A stretch of DNA of 62,668 bases, the filler included, from Choristocarpus tenellus KU-1152 (Eukaryota; Protista; Phaeophyceae), in NCBI GenBank assembly GCA_964200185.2. It is 10 parts of 10 records of this genome, joined end to end, with 100 filler letters (N's around TTAATTAATTAA, not from the genome) between each part and the next. Parts side by side here need not be neighbours in the genome. Positions count along the whole stretch, not along the records: positions 59,116 to 62,668 come from CAXNAD020019302.1; 9 more parts are not named here. One strand, 5' to 3'. Shown here one piece after another: positions 62,621 to 62,668 of the stretch. A model generated the notes under the pieces. That model did not search any database. It saw only the letters and a list, made by a program, of their open reading frames with translations, and was not told the DNA's origin. The stretch's first letter is position 1, and each line of letters opens with the position of its first letter. The position numbers and the translations under genes were made by a program.

Positions 62621-62668
62621 ACAAACCCACCCAAACAACCAACAACAAAACAACCACCACCCACACAA

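Noticed and set aside
59580-62668. True telomere near the window end
   Set aside because: TTAGGG/CCCTAA tracts are short, in both orientations and inside ABCG introns

Overview
Eukaryotic, intron-rich and TE-rich nuclear DNA, most likely a brown alga or other stramenopile. This is inferred from the GH81 glucanase, ROCO-type Roc exons, ACL5-like aminopropyltransferase and scattered TTAGGG tracts. The window is not one continuous sequence: it is about 10 contigs joined by artificial 100-nt linkers (N44-TTAATTAATTAA-N44), so neighbourhood across linkers is unproven. Host genes recognised by manual splicing: two exons of a Roc-GTPase (ROCO) gene with a mariner in the intron, the last two exons of a thermospermine-synthase-like gene, the 5' part of a GH81 beta-1,3-glucanase, the last two exons of BCKDH E1-beta, a complete 3-exon DUF952 gene, and three 3' exons of an ABCG transporter. 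Mobile DNA: a ~258-bp MITE family (12 copies or fragments; GAG...CTC termini, 4-bp TSDs, Sola2-like), a sister MITE family, a decayed plant-type mariner with TIRs, and several Copia and Gypsy remnants. Two loci stand out. One is a spliced, decaying ParB/Srx-like gene whose intron contains an alternating A/B tandem array. The other is the 51.7-59.0 kb contig, with divergent orphan ORFs (one Sola2-transposase-like), mirrored upstream motif arrays and a central 78-bp array. No CRISPR array, rRNA or tRNA gene could be supported.
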